Part shown: positions 32,945 to 45,708 of the stretch, piece after piece
Position numbering within the stretch: the first letter of the stretch is position 1
Layout of the letters: every line of letters starts with the position of its first letter
NCBI GenBank assembly: GCA_963820715.1
Contig: CAWGAU010000004.1
Coordinates: 385,773-449,772, forward strand
Length of the DNA stretch: 64,000 nt
Reading direction: 5' to 3'
DNA from: an uncultured Actinomycetota bacterium
GTDB lineage: Bacteria > Actinomycetota > Actinomycetes > Streptomycetales > Streptomycetaceae
Notes under the pieces: generated by a model
The model's input: only the letters and a program-made list of their open reading frames with translations
Told to the model about the DNA's origin: nothing
Database searches by the model: none
Translations under genes and position numbers: made by a program

Positions 32945-33142
32945 GTGCGGGTCCGCGCCGGGGCACGGTGGTGATCACGGCCAGTGCTGTGGACACTACT
33001 GCGAACCGGCGCCGCGGCGCTCAAGCCCCGGCGGTGTCCTCGCGGTCGTGGAACGGCTGCCCCGGCGGCCCCCGGCTACGCACCTGCCGCCTGCCGCCTG
33101 GCGCCGAGACCCGGCCGATCGCGTACGGCCCGGGGCCCGGGG

Positions 33143-34929
33143 CGGCTCACAGGTCCAGCACGGTGTCCCGGGCGGGCCGTGAGCAGCAGATCAGCGCGCT
33201 GCCGGCGGCGACCGGTTCGACGGGCTCGGGGTCGTAGGCGACCTCGCCGGACAGCAGCCCGGTGACGCACGTCTGGCACACGCCCGTACGGCAGGACCAG
33301 CGCACCGGCACGTCGCACGCCTCGGCCAGCTCCAGCAGGCTCCCGCCGCCCGGACCGCCACGGCACGGTGAGCCCGCTGCGGACGAAGGTGACGGCCGGA
33401 CCGGTGCCCGCCGGGCCGTCCGGGGCGTGCGGCGCGCGGGCCGCCGTCCCGGCGGCGATACCGGGGGTGAGGGCGGGGCCCGCGCCGAAGACCTCGCTGC
33501 GGATGCGCTCGGGCGGCAGCCCGCACCCGGCCAGGGCGGCGCCGACGTCGCTCATGAAGGCGGTCGGCCCGCACAGGTACGCCTCCGCGTCGGCGGGCAG
33601 GCCCAGACCGGACAGCAGCGCGCCGTCCAGGTGCCCGGTGTCGGTGTAGTCGGCGCCCCTGCGGTCCTGCGGGCGCGGCCGGCTGTAGCAGATCCGGGCC
33701 CGGCCGCGGGGGAGCCGCGCGAGCAGGCGCCGGCTCTCCTGCGCGAAGGCGTGGTCGGCCCCGTCCCGCGCCCCGTGCAGCCACCACACCTCGCGCCCCG
33801 AGCCGGCGTCGGCCAGCGCGGCCAGCATCGCCAGCACGGGCGTCGCGCCGACGCCCGCCGAGGCGAGGACCACCGGCGCCGGCGAATCGGCCGCCAGGGT
33901 GAAAGTGCCGCGCGGAGCCGCCGCCTGCAGGCGGTCGCCCACCTCGACGCGGGAGTGCAGCAGCGTGCTGGCCGCGCCCCGCTCCTCGCGCTTGACGCTG
34001 ATCCGGTACTGCTCGCCGCCCGGCCGGCCGGACAGGGAGTAGCTGCGTACGAGCGCGCCCCGCCCGGGCTCCGCGTCCAGGCGCACGGTGAGGTACTGGC
34101 CGGGGGCGGCCGCGGGGAGCGCCGCGCCGCCGGGGTCGGCCAGCCAGAAGGAGACGATGCCGCGGCTCTCCGGCTGGACGCGGGTCACCGTCAGCGGCCT
34201 GAAGCCCGGCCACGCCGGGCTCGGCTCGGCGGCCCGGGAGTTGAGCCCGGCGTTGCCCGCGGCGCCGTCCGTCCGGTCGGCCGGTCCCAGCAGGGCCTCG
34301 AACGAGGCGCGCCAGCCGGGGCTGAGGGCGTCGATGCGCAGGGCCGCCGCGATCCGGTCGGCGGGGTGGCCCGGCCGGTACAGCAGCGCGTCGATGTCGG
34401 CGACGGTCATCCGGCCGGGCCCCTCGGCGACCTTGACGATCTCCTGCCCGGCCTCGACCTCGCCCTCGTCGAGCACCCGGAAGTAGAAGCCAGGGCGTCC
34501 GTGGGCGACCAGCAGCGCGGGCATGCGCGGCTCGTCCATCCGCAGGCCCACCCGGTAGCACGTCACCCGGGGCTGGGTGACCTCGAAGACCGCGCCGCCG
34601 ATCCGGTAGCGGTCGCCGACGCACACCTCGTCGTCCGGCAGGCCCTCCACGGTGAAGTTCTCGCCGAACTGGCCGTGCGTGAAGTCCGAGCGGCCCAGCT
34701 CCTGCTGCCAGTACCGGTAGGAGTCGAGCTGGTAGACCATGACGGCCCGCATCTCGCCGCCGTGGCCCGCCAGGTCGCCCTGGCCGTCCCCGTCGACGTT
34801 GACCCGCCCGACCATGCGCGGGCCGGTCACCGGGCGCTTCCAGATGCCCGTGCGCACCGTCCGCCCGCGCCAGGAGACGTCCTTGGGCAGGCCGACGTTG
34901 ACCGAGACCAGCCTGCCCGCGACGCGCAT
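33143..34929 (-). CDS. MOSC domain protein fused to FNR-like FAD/NAD-binding and 2Fe-2S ferredoxin domains; frameshift ~33350
   Basis: MOSC: MRVAGRLVSVNVGLPKDVSWRGRTVRTGIWKRPV...VGDRYRIGGAVFEVTQPRVTCYRVG. FNR-like: RVEVGDRLQAAAPRGTF...VLASAGVGATPVLAML. 2Fe-2S recovered in another frame: TGVCQTCVTGLLSGEVAYDPEPVEP...LICCS. Confidence 0.8.
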
Positions 34930-35061
34930 CGCCCATCCTCCGGGTCTCGCCCCCGCGTGATGCGACCCAGGCTATCCGCGCCCGCCCCCCGGGGCCTCGC
35001 GTCAGGCTCGGCCCCGGGGTGTCCCAGAGGGGTGTCCCAGCGGGGTGCCCCAAGGAGCGCC

Positions 35062-35496
35062 TCAGGCGGGGACGGACGCCACGAAGGTGACGCAGAAGGC
35101 CACCACCGCGCCCATGAAGGCGAGGGTGAACAGTGCCTTCGCCTCGTTCGCCACCCCGCCCGGGGCTATCGCGGTGGCTCGGTGCGGACGGGCCGCGGTG
35201 TAGTGCACCACCACGATGTCGCCCTCCAGGACGGTGGCCGGCCCGCCCTTCTCCTCGAAGCGGACGGTCCGCCCGTCGCGGGGCGTGAACTCGTACACGT
35301 GGTGCTGGGTGCTGCCGGTGCTCCGGCCCTCCGTGTCGCGGTTCTGCGTGGTGTACGCCCGCAGGCAGCGGGCCTCCGCGGTCAGACCGCTGCGCCACGC
35401 GAGCCGCAGCTCGACCGTCCGCCGCACCACCCCGAAGGCGATGCACAGCGCCGTGACCGCGATCAGCGCCGGCACCGCATAGAACATGGCTGTCAT
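35062..35496 (-). CDS. DUF3592 membrane protein (intact)
   Basis: Two flanking TM helices around HHVYEFTPRDGRTVRFEEKGG...GDIVVVHY. Confidence 0.7.
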   Translation of the reverse strand: MTAMFYAVPALIAVTALCIAFGVVRRTVELRLAWRSGLTAEARCLRAYTTQNRDTEGRSTGSTQHHVYEFTPRDGRTVRFEEKGGPATVLEGDIVVVHYTAARPHRATAIAPGGVANEAKALFTLAFMGAVVAFCVTFVASVPA

Positions 35497-35610
35497 GACG
35501 TTCCCCCGAATGCCCCCGTGCGCCCCACCCAGTCGGTGCGGACGCTGTGCGCGGGAGCATACCCACGGCAGGCCGGGCCCCGGCTCAAGGAAAGCTCAGG
35601 CTTTTCCCGG

Positions 35611-36432
35611 TCAGGCGGCCGCGGGTCCGGCCGGGGCGTCCGGGCGCAGACCGAAGGCGTCCGCGAAGCCGGTACGGCCCGCCGCGGTGACCCGCACGGC
35701 CCGGCTGCCGTCCGAGGGCCGGACCCACTCCAGCGCGAGGAAGCGGTCCAGCAGGCCGCGGCCGAGCGCGCCGGCCAGATGGTGGCGCTGCTCGCTCCAG
35801 TCCACGCAGTAGCGCACCGGCCGGCGCCCCCGCGCCAGTGTCACGCCGAAGTCGTCGAGGAAGCCGCGCCCGGCGTCGGTCAGGGCGTAGTCCACGTCGT
35901 GGCCGTAGCCCGTGCGGTGGTCGAGCCGCGCGGTGGCCGGGTCGAACACGCCGTCGCCGCCGGTCAGGTGGCCGCGCGAGAGCAGGGTGCCCATGAGCCC
36001 GACGCCGAGCCGCCCGGCCAGGTGGTCGTAGCAGGTGCGGGCCTCGCGCAGCGCGCGGGCGCGGGTGTCCTGCCGCAGGGACGTCACGGGGGTGAGCGGC
36101 GCCAGCCGCTGGAGCGCCTCGATGAGGTCGCCGACCGCCGGTCCGGCCAGCCGGTAGTAGCGGTGCCGCCCGTGCGGCTCGACCGCCAGCAGGCCCGCCT
36201 CGGTGAGCCGGCCCAGATGGCTGGAGGCGGTGGCCGCGCTCACCCCCGCCTCGGCGGCGAGCCGGCCCGCGGGCAGCGCCCGCCCGTCGTCCAGGGCGAG
36301 CAGGATGCGGCAGCGGCCCGGGTCGGCGACCAGCGCGCCGACCGCGGCGATGTCCGTGTCGGCCCCCGCGCGGTGTTCGGACCCGCGGGCCCGGCCGCCG
36401 GGCCGCCTGGTCGCGTTCGCCGGAGGTTCCAT
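35611..36432 (-). CDS. ArsR/SmtB-family winged-helix transcriptional regulator with C-terminal extension (intact)
   Basis: ILLALDDGRALPAGRLAAEAGVSAATASSHLGRLTEAGLLAVEPHGRHRYYRL. Confidence 0.75.
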   Translation of the reverse strand: MEPPANATRRPGGRARGSEHRAGADTDIAAVGALVADPGRCRILLALDDGRALPAGRLAAEAGVSAATASSHLGRLTEAGLLAVEPHGRHRYYRLAGPAVGDLIEALQRLAPLTPVTSLRQDTRARALREARTCYDHLAGRLGVGLMGTLLSRGHLTGGDGVFDPATARLDHRTGYGHDVDYALTDAGRGFLDDFGVTLARGRRPVRYCVDWSEQRHHLAGALGRGLLDRFLALEWVRPSDGSRAVRVTAAGRTGFADAFGLRPDAPAGPAAA

Positions 36433-36561
36433 ACCGCCACGCTACGACCGGGACGCTTCGGCTGGCGTCGAAGCGTCCCGTGGTTACGGTGAGGACAGCC
36501 GGCGTGACAGCGAGCCGGACCGGTATCCCTGAAAGGGGACGGACGCGAGGAGCCGCGGGAA

Positions 36562-37335
36562 ATGACGTTCCGGGACCTGCACTACGGCGAGCGGCCGCTC
36601 GTCCTGCCCAACGCCTGGGACGTGCCCTCCGCGCTGGCCTTCGCCGCCGCCGGATTCCCGGCGATCGGCACCACCAGCTTCGGCGTCGCCTCCGGCCTCG
36701 GCCGCCCCGACGGCGGCCGCGCCACCAAGGACGCCAACCTCGCGCTCGCCCGGGCCCTGGCCGGCCTCTCGGTGCCCGTCAGCATGGACGTCGAGGACGG
36801 CTACAGCGACGACCCCGCCGAGGTCGCCGACTACACCGCCCGGCTCGGCGTGGCCGGCGTCAACATCGAGGACAGCACCGCGGAGCGGCTGATCGCGCCG
36901 GACGCGCACGCCGCCAAGGTCGCCGCGGTCAAGGAGCGCAGCCCCGACCTGTTCGTCAACGCCCGCGTCGACACGTACTGGCTCGGCCAGGACGCCACCG
37001 TCCACGCCACTTTGGAGCGGGCCCTCGCCTACGTCGACGCGGGCGCCGACGGCGTCTTCGTGCCCGGCGCCGCCGACCCCGGGGTGCTGCGGGAGATCAC
37101 CGCGCGGCTCCCGGTCCCGGTGAACGTCCTGGTGATCCCCGCCCTCGGCCTCGGCGAGCTGGCGGCCCTCGGTGTACGCCGGGTCAGCACCGGCTCCCTG
37201 CCCTACCGCGCCGCCGTGCACGCGGCCGTCCGCGTCGCCACCGCCGTCCGCGACGGCGACCCGGACCTGCCGCCCGCGACCCCGTACGCGGACCTCCAGG
37301 CCCGCCTGGCCGACTACGACCGCGCACACCACTGA
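36562..37335 (+). CDS. isocitrate lyase/PEP mutase family enzyme (methylisocitrate lyase / carboxyvinyl-carboxyphosphonate phosphorylmutase-like), intact
   Basis: LVLPNAWDVPSALAFAAAGFPAIGTTSFGVASGLG...VSMDVEDGYSDDP...AGVNIEDS...GADGVFVPG. Confidence 0.85.
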   Translation: MTFRDLHYGERPLVLPNAWDVPSALAFAAAGFPAIGTTSFGVASGLGRPDGGRATKDANLALARALAGLSVPVSMDVEDGYSDDPAEVADYTARLGVAGVNIEDSTAERLIAPDAHAAKVAAVKERSPDLFVNARVDTYWLGQDATVHATLERALAYVDAGADGVFVPGAADPGVLREITARLPVPVNVLVIPALGLGELAALGVRRVSTGSLPYRAAVHAAVRVATAVRDGDPDLPPATPYADLQARLADYDRAHH

Positions 37336-37363
37336 CCGCACCAGCGAACGGAGCGAATCCGCC

Positions 37364-37675
37364 ATGCCCGAACTGCAAGTCATCGCCCGCTACACGATGT
37401 CCGCCGGCCATGAGGACGAAGTCCTCGCCCTGCTGGAGGAGTTGGCCGAGGCCAGCCGCGCGGAGCCCGGCAACCGCTCCTTCGTCGCCTACCGGTCGCT
37501 CGACGACGCCCGCCAGGTCGTCCTGCTCGAACGCTACGCGTCCCGCGAGGCGTTCGCCGCCCACCGCGAGACGCCGCACTTCACGGACCTCGCGCTCGCG
37601 CGGATCGTCCCCCTGCTCGACGCGCGGGTCGTGGAGACCTACGACGTGGAGGACGCGGAGAGCTCCGCGCGGTAG
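37364..37675 (+). CDS. antibiotic-biosynthesis-monooxygenase (ABM) domain protein
   Basis: MPELQVIARYTMSAGHEDEVLALLEELAEASRAEPGNRSFVAYRSLDDARQVVLLERYASREAFAAHRETPHF. Confidence 0.75.
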   Translation: MPELQVIARYTMSAGHEDEVLALLEELAEASRAEPGNRSFVAYRSLDDARQVVLLERYASREAFAAHRETPHFTDLALARIVPLLDARVVETYDVEDAESSAR

Positions 37676-37768
37676 CCCGCCGGCCGGGCGGGCCGGGGCC
37701 GCGTTTGCGGCGCCCGGCACGGGCAAGACGCACCCTCGCCGCACCGCCCACCACGGCTGGAGGACCGC

Positions 37769-37987
37769 ATGCGCACGATGCTCGGCGTAGTGCTCGCACT
37801 GTGGGGGGTGTTCTTCGTCCTGTTCAGCGGCCGGGTGGCCCGGGCCCAGTACCCCAGGACCCGGATCGCGGCCCGGGAGGCGCAGGACGGCGGGGCCGGT
37901 CCGCACCGCCGCACCACCGCCTTCAACGTGCTGGTCGGCGCGGCACTGACCGCCTGCGGCGTGCTGGTCGCGGTGGGCGTCTTCTGA
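37769..37987 (+). CDS. small two-TM membrane protein (72 aa), hypothetical
   Basis: MRTMLGVVLALWGVFFVLFSG...AFNVLVGAALTACGVLVAVGVF. Supported only by hydrophobicity. Confidence 0.4.
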   Translation: MRTMLGVVLALWGVFFVLFSGRVARAQYPRTRIAAREAQDGGAGPHRRTTAFNVLVGAALTACGVLVAVGVF

Positions 37988-38063
37988 CCGCACCGGCCGG
38001 AGAGTTCACGTCTGCCGGAGCCACCTGCCGTACGGGGACGCGCGCCGCGCGCCCCCGTCGCCG

Positions 38064-40232
<2,169 letters not shown>

Positions 40233-40242
40233 TCCCGAGACC

Positions 40243-40605
40243 CTACTTTCGGTTCAGCGCCTCCCATTCGACATAACGGCCCGACTCGCGGACGAGACCC
40301 GTCAGGAACCACAGCACGACCGCGGAATCATCCGTCCAGCCCAGCACCGGGATGACATCGGGGATCGCGTCGAGCGGCGAGACCACGTAGACGGCGGCGA
40401 GCAGCGTGAAGGCCAGCAGCTTGCCCCGGGACAGCCCCGGGTAGCGGCGGCGCAGCACGGCGACCACCAGCCGGGGGGTCGAGAACAGGCGGCGCAGCAG
40501 TCCGGGCGCCCCCGGCCGCCGGGTCTCGCGGTACAGCCCCCACGCGGAGCGTCCCGTACTCAGCCGGGCCGGCACGGACGCCGGCCGCCGGGCGGTTCTG
40601 GCCAT
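40243..40605 (-). CDS. DUF1232 (YkvA-like) membrane protein
   Basis: RBS GGAGGAAACC then [44 protein letters not shown]. Confidence 0.7.
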   Translation of the reverse strand: MARTARRPASVPARLSTGRSAWGLYRETRRPGAPGLLRRLFSTPRLVVAVLRRRYPGLSRGKLLAFTLLAAVYVVSPLDAIPDVIPVLGWTDDSAVVLWFLTGLVRESGRYVEWEALNRK

Positions 40606-40613
40606 GGTTTCCT

Positions 40614-40683
40614 CCGTCGTGGTCCGTGGTCCGTGGTCCGTGGTCCGTGGTCCGTGGTCCGTGCTCCGTGGTCCGTGGTGCGA
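40614..40683. repeat. heptanucleotide microsatellite (GGTCCGT)n, 5 perfect + ~4 degenerate units, directly upstream of the DUF1232 RBS
   Basis: gtggtccgtggtccgtggtccgtggtccgtggtccgtgctccgtggtccgtggtgcgaggtgcgag, read directly from the sequence. Confidence 0.8.
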
Positions 40684-40889
40684 GGTGCGAGATGTGTCGT
40701 GTACGGGTCGGGGGCGGCCGGGGCGTTGGGCCGTCCGGGGGCCGTTCCCGGCGGGTTGCGCCGGCCGGGGGTGCAACCCGCGCGGCGCCGCGGGCGTCCC
40801 GGGTAGGGCAAGGGCGTCCCCGCTCACCGCGGGCCGGGTCCGACCGCTTTCGTGAGGTGAACACCGTGGGAAGCAACGGGGCGCGAGGC

Positions 40890-41260
40890 GGCTCCTGATC
40901 TCGTCTGCCGGCCGGTGGCCGCCGCCGAGGCCAGAAGCGCCGCGCGGACCTTCCTCGACGGCCTGTCCCCCCAGGCGGGGTGCGGGTCGCCGAGAGCCTG
41001 CTGATCATGGTCTCGGAACTGGTGGCCAACGCCCTGCGACACGCGGGCGGAGTGCTCGAAGTGCGTTCAGCAGCACGCCGGTGAGCCTGCATGTCGCGGT
41101 GGACGACCCGAGCCCGGTGTGGCCGGGGCGGCGGACGCCCGACCTCACGGGGCGGACCGGCGGCTTCGGCCGGGCGATGGTCACCAAGCTCGCCGACGGC
41201 CTCGTCGTCCGGCCGCGCCGCGGTGGCGGCAAGACGGTGGCGGCCTTCCTGACCCGCTGA
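40890..41260 (+). CDS. HATPase_c anti-sigma-factor-like ATP-binding protein (RsbW-like); frameshifted, start uncertain
   Basis: N-box ESLLIMVSELVANALRHAGG. G-box region GRTGGFGRAMVTKLADGLVVRPRRGGGKTVAAFL. Confidence 0.5.
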
Positions 41261-41344
41261 GCCGTCCGGCCCGGGCCGGACCCGGGGGCCGGCGAAACGC
41301 CGCCCCGCGCGCGGCGGGACGGCGTCGCTCACGCGGGGACCGGC

Positions 41345-41611
41345 TCACCGGTGCCCGACCCTGCGCCGGTCGAGGGCCGCGATGCCGACCGCCGCCAGCG
41401 CGATCTGGATCAGCCACTCGATCCAGTCGACGCCGTGGGTGTGGGCCACGTGGAGACCGGAGGCGATGGCGGCGCCGACGAACGCCGCGACGATGCCGAT
41501 CAGGATCGTCCACACCACTCCGATGTGCTGGCGGCCCGGTACCACCAGGCGGCCCAGTACGCCGATGATCAGGCCGATGACGATGGCGCTGATGATCCCC
41601 GAGATCTCCAC
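41345..41611 (-). CDS. GlsB/YeaQ/YmgE-family small membrane protein
   Basis: RBS GGGAGG then [51 protein letters not shown]. Confidence 0.75.
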   Translation of the reverse strand: MEISGIISAIVIGLIIGVLGRLVVPGRQHIGVVWTILIGIVAAFVGAAIASGLHVAHTHGVDWIEWLIQIALAAVGIAALDRRRVGHR

Positions 41612-41889
41612 GACAACCTCCCTGTGTCTGTGACGTGCACTCGACACTCGCCTGCCCCGGCTTCCCGTGGACACGCGGGAGGTCCGCCCGTTTTGTTCAC
41701 CGGGTCCCCGCCGGACGCCCACGCAACTGCCCGCGGTCCCGGCGGTCTTCGGGTTCCGGGGAGCGCGGACGGCCGCTCCCGGGGGAACGGGGCGCGAAGG
41801 TCGGCGGAAGTCGGCGGCATCACCGGCCGACACGGGGGTAGACGGCACGCGTTCGCGAACCGGACGGCGGATGACGAGAGGCACGCGGG

Positions 41890-42355
41890 ATGAACGACAG
41901 CGAGACGGCCGTACGCGGCCGGCAGACCGCCTACGCGCCCGGCCCGCGGGCCACGGCGGCCTACGACGGCGGCACCGGCTCCATCGCGGTGGCCCGCGCG
42001 CTGGCCGCGCGAGTTCCTCGACCAGGCGCGCGACCGGTACGGCGTGACCGTACCGCCGCGGGTGCGGGCCGACGCGCAGCTCGTGGTGAGCGAGCTGGTG
42101 ACGAACGCGTCGAAGTACGCGCCCGGACCCTGCGTGCTCGACCTGGAGATCCGCGGGCCGTTCCTGGAGATCACGAGCTGGGACAGCGACGCCACACTGC
42201 CGATGGCCAGGGCGGCCGAGCCGGGCCGGATCGGCCAGCACGGCTTGGAGATCGTCTTCGCCCTCTGCGACGGATTCGACGTCCGGCGCGAACCGGTCGG
42301 CAAGCGCATCACCGCAACGCTGGCGCTGGCCCCGACCGGCCCGTTCGACATGTAG
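41890..42355 (+). CDS. HATPase_c anti-sigma-factor-like ATP-binding protein, paralog 2; frameshift ~42010
   Basis: [47 protein letters not shown]...[17 protein letters not shown]. Confidence 0.6.
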
Positions 42356-42644
42356 CGCCCGTCCGGGGCCCGCCCTCCGCCGGCGCGCCGAGAAACTTCC
42401 GCCCGGGGTGGCATGGAGCCCGGGGAGAGGGGCAGGCGCCCGATATCCCTTGCTGGGGACTCGCAAGGGACGAGGTACGGCCGGCGGCCCCCCGCCGTCG
42501 GTGAACCTCCGGCCGGCGGGCGCACCCCCCCTGCGCCCCCGGTCCGCGCCCGGCCGCCGAATTGCCCCCCAGCACGGCGGCCGGGCGCCCGACTTCCCCC
42601 GCGGCGCCCGGCCGGCCGGGGGACCGCGGGTCGGCCTGCGGCCG

Positions 42645-43515
42645 TCAGTCGACCGCGGCGGTCAGCCTCTCGAACTCCGCGTCCGTCAGCGTCAGTGCGG
42701 CCGCCGCGATGTTGTCCTCGACGTGCGCCACCGACGACGTGCCGGGGATCGGCAGCATCGCGGGGGAGCGGCGCAGCAGCCAGGCCAGGGCGAGCTGGGA
42801 GGCGCTGGCGCCGTGCTCGCGGGCGAGGGCGTCCAGCGGGCCGCCCGGCTTGGCCAGTTCGCCGGTGGCCAGCGGGAACCACGGGATGAAGGCGATGCCG
42901 TGCGCCTCGGCGTGGTCGAGCAGCTTCTCGGCGGAGCGGTTCGCCAGGTTGTACAGGTTCTGCACGGACACGATCTCCGCGATCGGCCCGCGCCTGCTCC
43001 AACTGGTCGACGTCCACCTCGGACAGGCCGATGTGGGCGATCTTCCCCTCCTCCTGGAGCAGCTTCAGCTCGCCGACCTGCTCCGCGAGCGGCACCTTCG
43101 GGTCGATCCGGTGCAGCTGGAAGAGGTCGATCCGCTCCAGGCCGAGGTGGCGCAGGCTCATCTCGGCCTGCTGCCGCAGGTACTCCGGGCGCCCCACCGG
43201 GCGCCAGTCGCCCGGCCCCGACCGGGTCAGCCCGGCCTTCGTGGCGATGACCAGGCCGTCCGGGTACGGGTGCAGCGCCTTCCTGATCAGCTCTTCGGCG
43301 ACCACCGGGCCGTAGGAGTCCGCGGTGTCGATGAAGTCCACCCCGAGCTCGACGGCGCGGCGCAGCACGCGGACCGCCTCGTCCGGGTCCGCCGGGTCGC
43401 CCCAGACGCCGGGACCGGTCAGCTGCATGGAGCCGAAGCCGAGACGGGTGACGGGCAGCCCGCCCCCGAGGGAGAAGGTCCCGGACGCCTTGGCCGGCTG
43501 GGTGTGCGTGGTCAC
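42645..43515 (-). CDS. aldo/keto reductase; frameshift ~42975
   Basis: RBS AGGAG then [48 protein letters not shown]...[10 protein letters not shown], then [12 protein letters not shown]... Confidence 0.85.
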
Positions 43516-43710
43516 GATGAACGCTCCTTCTGCGTAGGGGCGCAAGGACCGCCCGGGCCGGGGTGGACACCCCTCGACGGGCGGACCGCTCCCTTCGTAA
43601 ACTGTACGTCCGGTTCACTCGGCCGTACGGACGGTGGCAACCGCGCCGTCCGTACCCCGTATTCCCCATGATCCCCCATCACTTTCCGAGTTCTACGAGG
43701 AGGAGTCCGG

Positions 43711-44692
43711 ATGCGCTACACACGACTGGGAGCGACCGGTCTGGACGTGTCGGCCGTGAGCCTGGGCTGCATGAGCTTCGGCGAGCCGGCGCGCGGCACC
43801 CACCCGTGGACGCTGGACGAGGACGCGAGCCGCGCGCTCATCCGGCAGGCGCTCGACGCCGGGATCAACTTCTTCGACACCGCCAACGTCTACTCCGACG
43901 GCACGCAGCGAGGAGATCATCGGCCGGGCGCTGCGCGACTTCGCCGACCGCGACGAGGTCGTCATCGCCACCAAGGTGCACGGCCCGATGCGGCCGAGGG
44001 CCCAACGGCGGCGGCCTGTCCCGCAAGGCGATCCTCAGCGAGATCGACCACAGCCTGCGCCGGCTGGGCACCGACTACGTCGACCTCTACCAGATCCACC
44101 GCTGGGACCACGCGGACGCCGATCGAGGAGACCCTCGAGGCGCTGCACGACGTGGTCAAGGCCGGCAAGGCCCGCTACATCGGCGCGTCCTCGATGTACG
44201 CCTGGCAGTTCGCGAAGGCGCTGTACACCGCCGACCTGCACGGCTGGACCCGCTTCGTCTCGATGCAGAACCACTACAACCTGCTCTACCGCGAGGAGGA
44301 GCGCGAGATGCTGCCGCTCTGCGCCGACCAGGGCATCGGCGTCATCCCGTGGAGCCCGCTGGCCCGCGGCCGGCTCACCCGGCCCTGGGACGACGACCAC
44401 CGCCCGCACCGAGACCGACGAGTTCGGCCGCACGCTGTACCGCGACGACGACGAGCGATCATCGTCGAGCAGGTCGCCGCCGAGGTGGCCGAGCGCGCGG
44501 CGTCGCCCGCCGGCCCAGGTCGCGCTGGCCTGGCTGCTCCGCAACCCGGCGGTGACCGCCCCGATCGTCGGCGCCACCAAGGCCCAGCACCTCGACGACG
44601 CCGTGGCCGCCCTCGACGTGGAGCTGACCGCCGAGGAGATCGCCGCCCTCGAGGAGCCGTACGCCCCGCACGACGTCGCCGGATTCCGGTGA
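43711..44692 (+). CDS. aldo/keto reductase, paralog 2; frameshifts
   Basis: [36 protein letters not shown]...[12 protein letters not shown]...[10 protein letters not shown]...[14 protein letters not shown]. Confidence 0.85.
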
Positions 44693-45312
44693 GCGCGGTG
44701 CCCGGCGGGCAGCCGCGGCCACCGGGCGTCCTCGCCCACCCCACCACGCCCCGCAGCCTGCGCGTCCACGAGGCGGCGCTGCGCGCCGCCACCGAACTGC
44801 TGGCCGAGGGCGGGCTGCCCGCGGCCACCATGGACGCCGTGGTGGCCAGGTCCGGGGTGAGCAAGGCGACGCTCTACAAGCACTGGCCGTCCAGGACCGC
44901 GCTGGCCGCGGAGGCGTTCGGGCGGCGGATGGCCGACGCGGTGCCGCTGCCCGACACCGGCAGCGCCCGCGGTGACCTCACCGAGCAGGTCCGGCGGGTC
45001 AGCGCCTTCTTCGCCACCGCCGACGGCCGCGTCTTCGCCCAGCTTCTCGCCGCGAGCGTGACGGACCCCGGCGCCGGGGCGTACGTGCGCGCGTTCTTCC
45101 TGGGGGCCCGCCGGGAGGCCGTCGCCGAGCTGTGGCGGCGGGCGGTCCTGCGCGGCGAGGCGGCGCCGGGCGTGGACGCGGACACGGCCACCGACGTCCT
45201 GTTCGGCGCGCTGGTCTTCCGGCTGATGGCCGGCCATCAGCCGCTCGGCCCGGACGAGGCCGGGCGGATCGCCGGGGCGGCCCTGCTCGGACTGCTCGCC
45301 CCTCAGAACTGA
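44689..45312 (+). CDS. TetR-family transcriptional regulator (GTG overlapping the AKR stop)
   Basis: RSLRVHEAALRAATELLAEGGLPAATMDAVVARSGVSKATLYKHWPSRTAL. Confidence 0.75.
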   Translation: MSAVPGGQPRPPGVLAHPTTPRSLRVHEAALRAATELLAEGGLPAATMDAVVARSGVSKATLYKHWPSRTALAAEAFGRRMADAVPLPDTGSARGDLTEQVRRVSAFFATADGRVFAQLLAASVTDPGAGAYVRAFFLGARREAVAELWRRAVLRGEAAPGVDADTATDVLFGALVFRLMAGHQPLGPDEAGRIAGAALLGLLAPQN

Positions 45313-45412
45313 CGGACCGTCAACTCGCAACTCACGTGCGGGCAGCGGAACGCGGGGAGGGTGAGGCAGCCGAAGGCGGGCACACGCCTCATCGACAACC
45401 GAGGAGGCCGTC

Positions 45413-45604
45413 ATGCCCGTCACATTCCGCAAGTCCTTCCACATCCTGCCCGGCGTCCGGATCAACGTGAACCGCAAGTCCCTCTCCGTGACCCTGGGGC
45501 GCAGGGGAGGCGCGCACCGCACCTGGTCGACCACGGGCCGGCGCACCACGTCGGCCGACCTGCCGGGCCCCTTCGGCTACCGGCACACCGACCGGCGGGG
45601 CTGA
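45413..45604 (+). CDS. DUF4236 domain protein (63 aa)
   Basis: RBS GAGGAGG. MPVTFRKSFHILPGVRINVNRKSLSVTLGRRGG. Confidence 0.6.
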   Translation: MPVTFRKSFHILPGVRINVNRKSLSVTLGRRGGAHRTWSTTGRRTTSADLPGPFGYRHTDRRG

Positions 45605-45708
45605 ATCGGCCCGAGGCCGGCCCCGGCACCCCCTGTGACCTGCCCGGCGTCCGGTGCCCGACCCGAACTGCCCGGTGTGCCGGTGGAGTTCTTGGGCATA
45701 AGGCCGCC

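Noticed and set aside
31023-32996. 657-aa ORF as a single DyP-encapsulin fusion protein
   Set aside because: The DyP C-terminus with the cargo-loading peptide is in another frame and ends at 31826. The encapsulin has its own RBS and GTG at 31829. The apparent fusion is a frameshift artefact.
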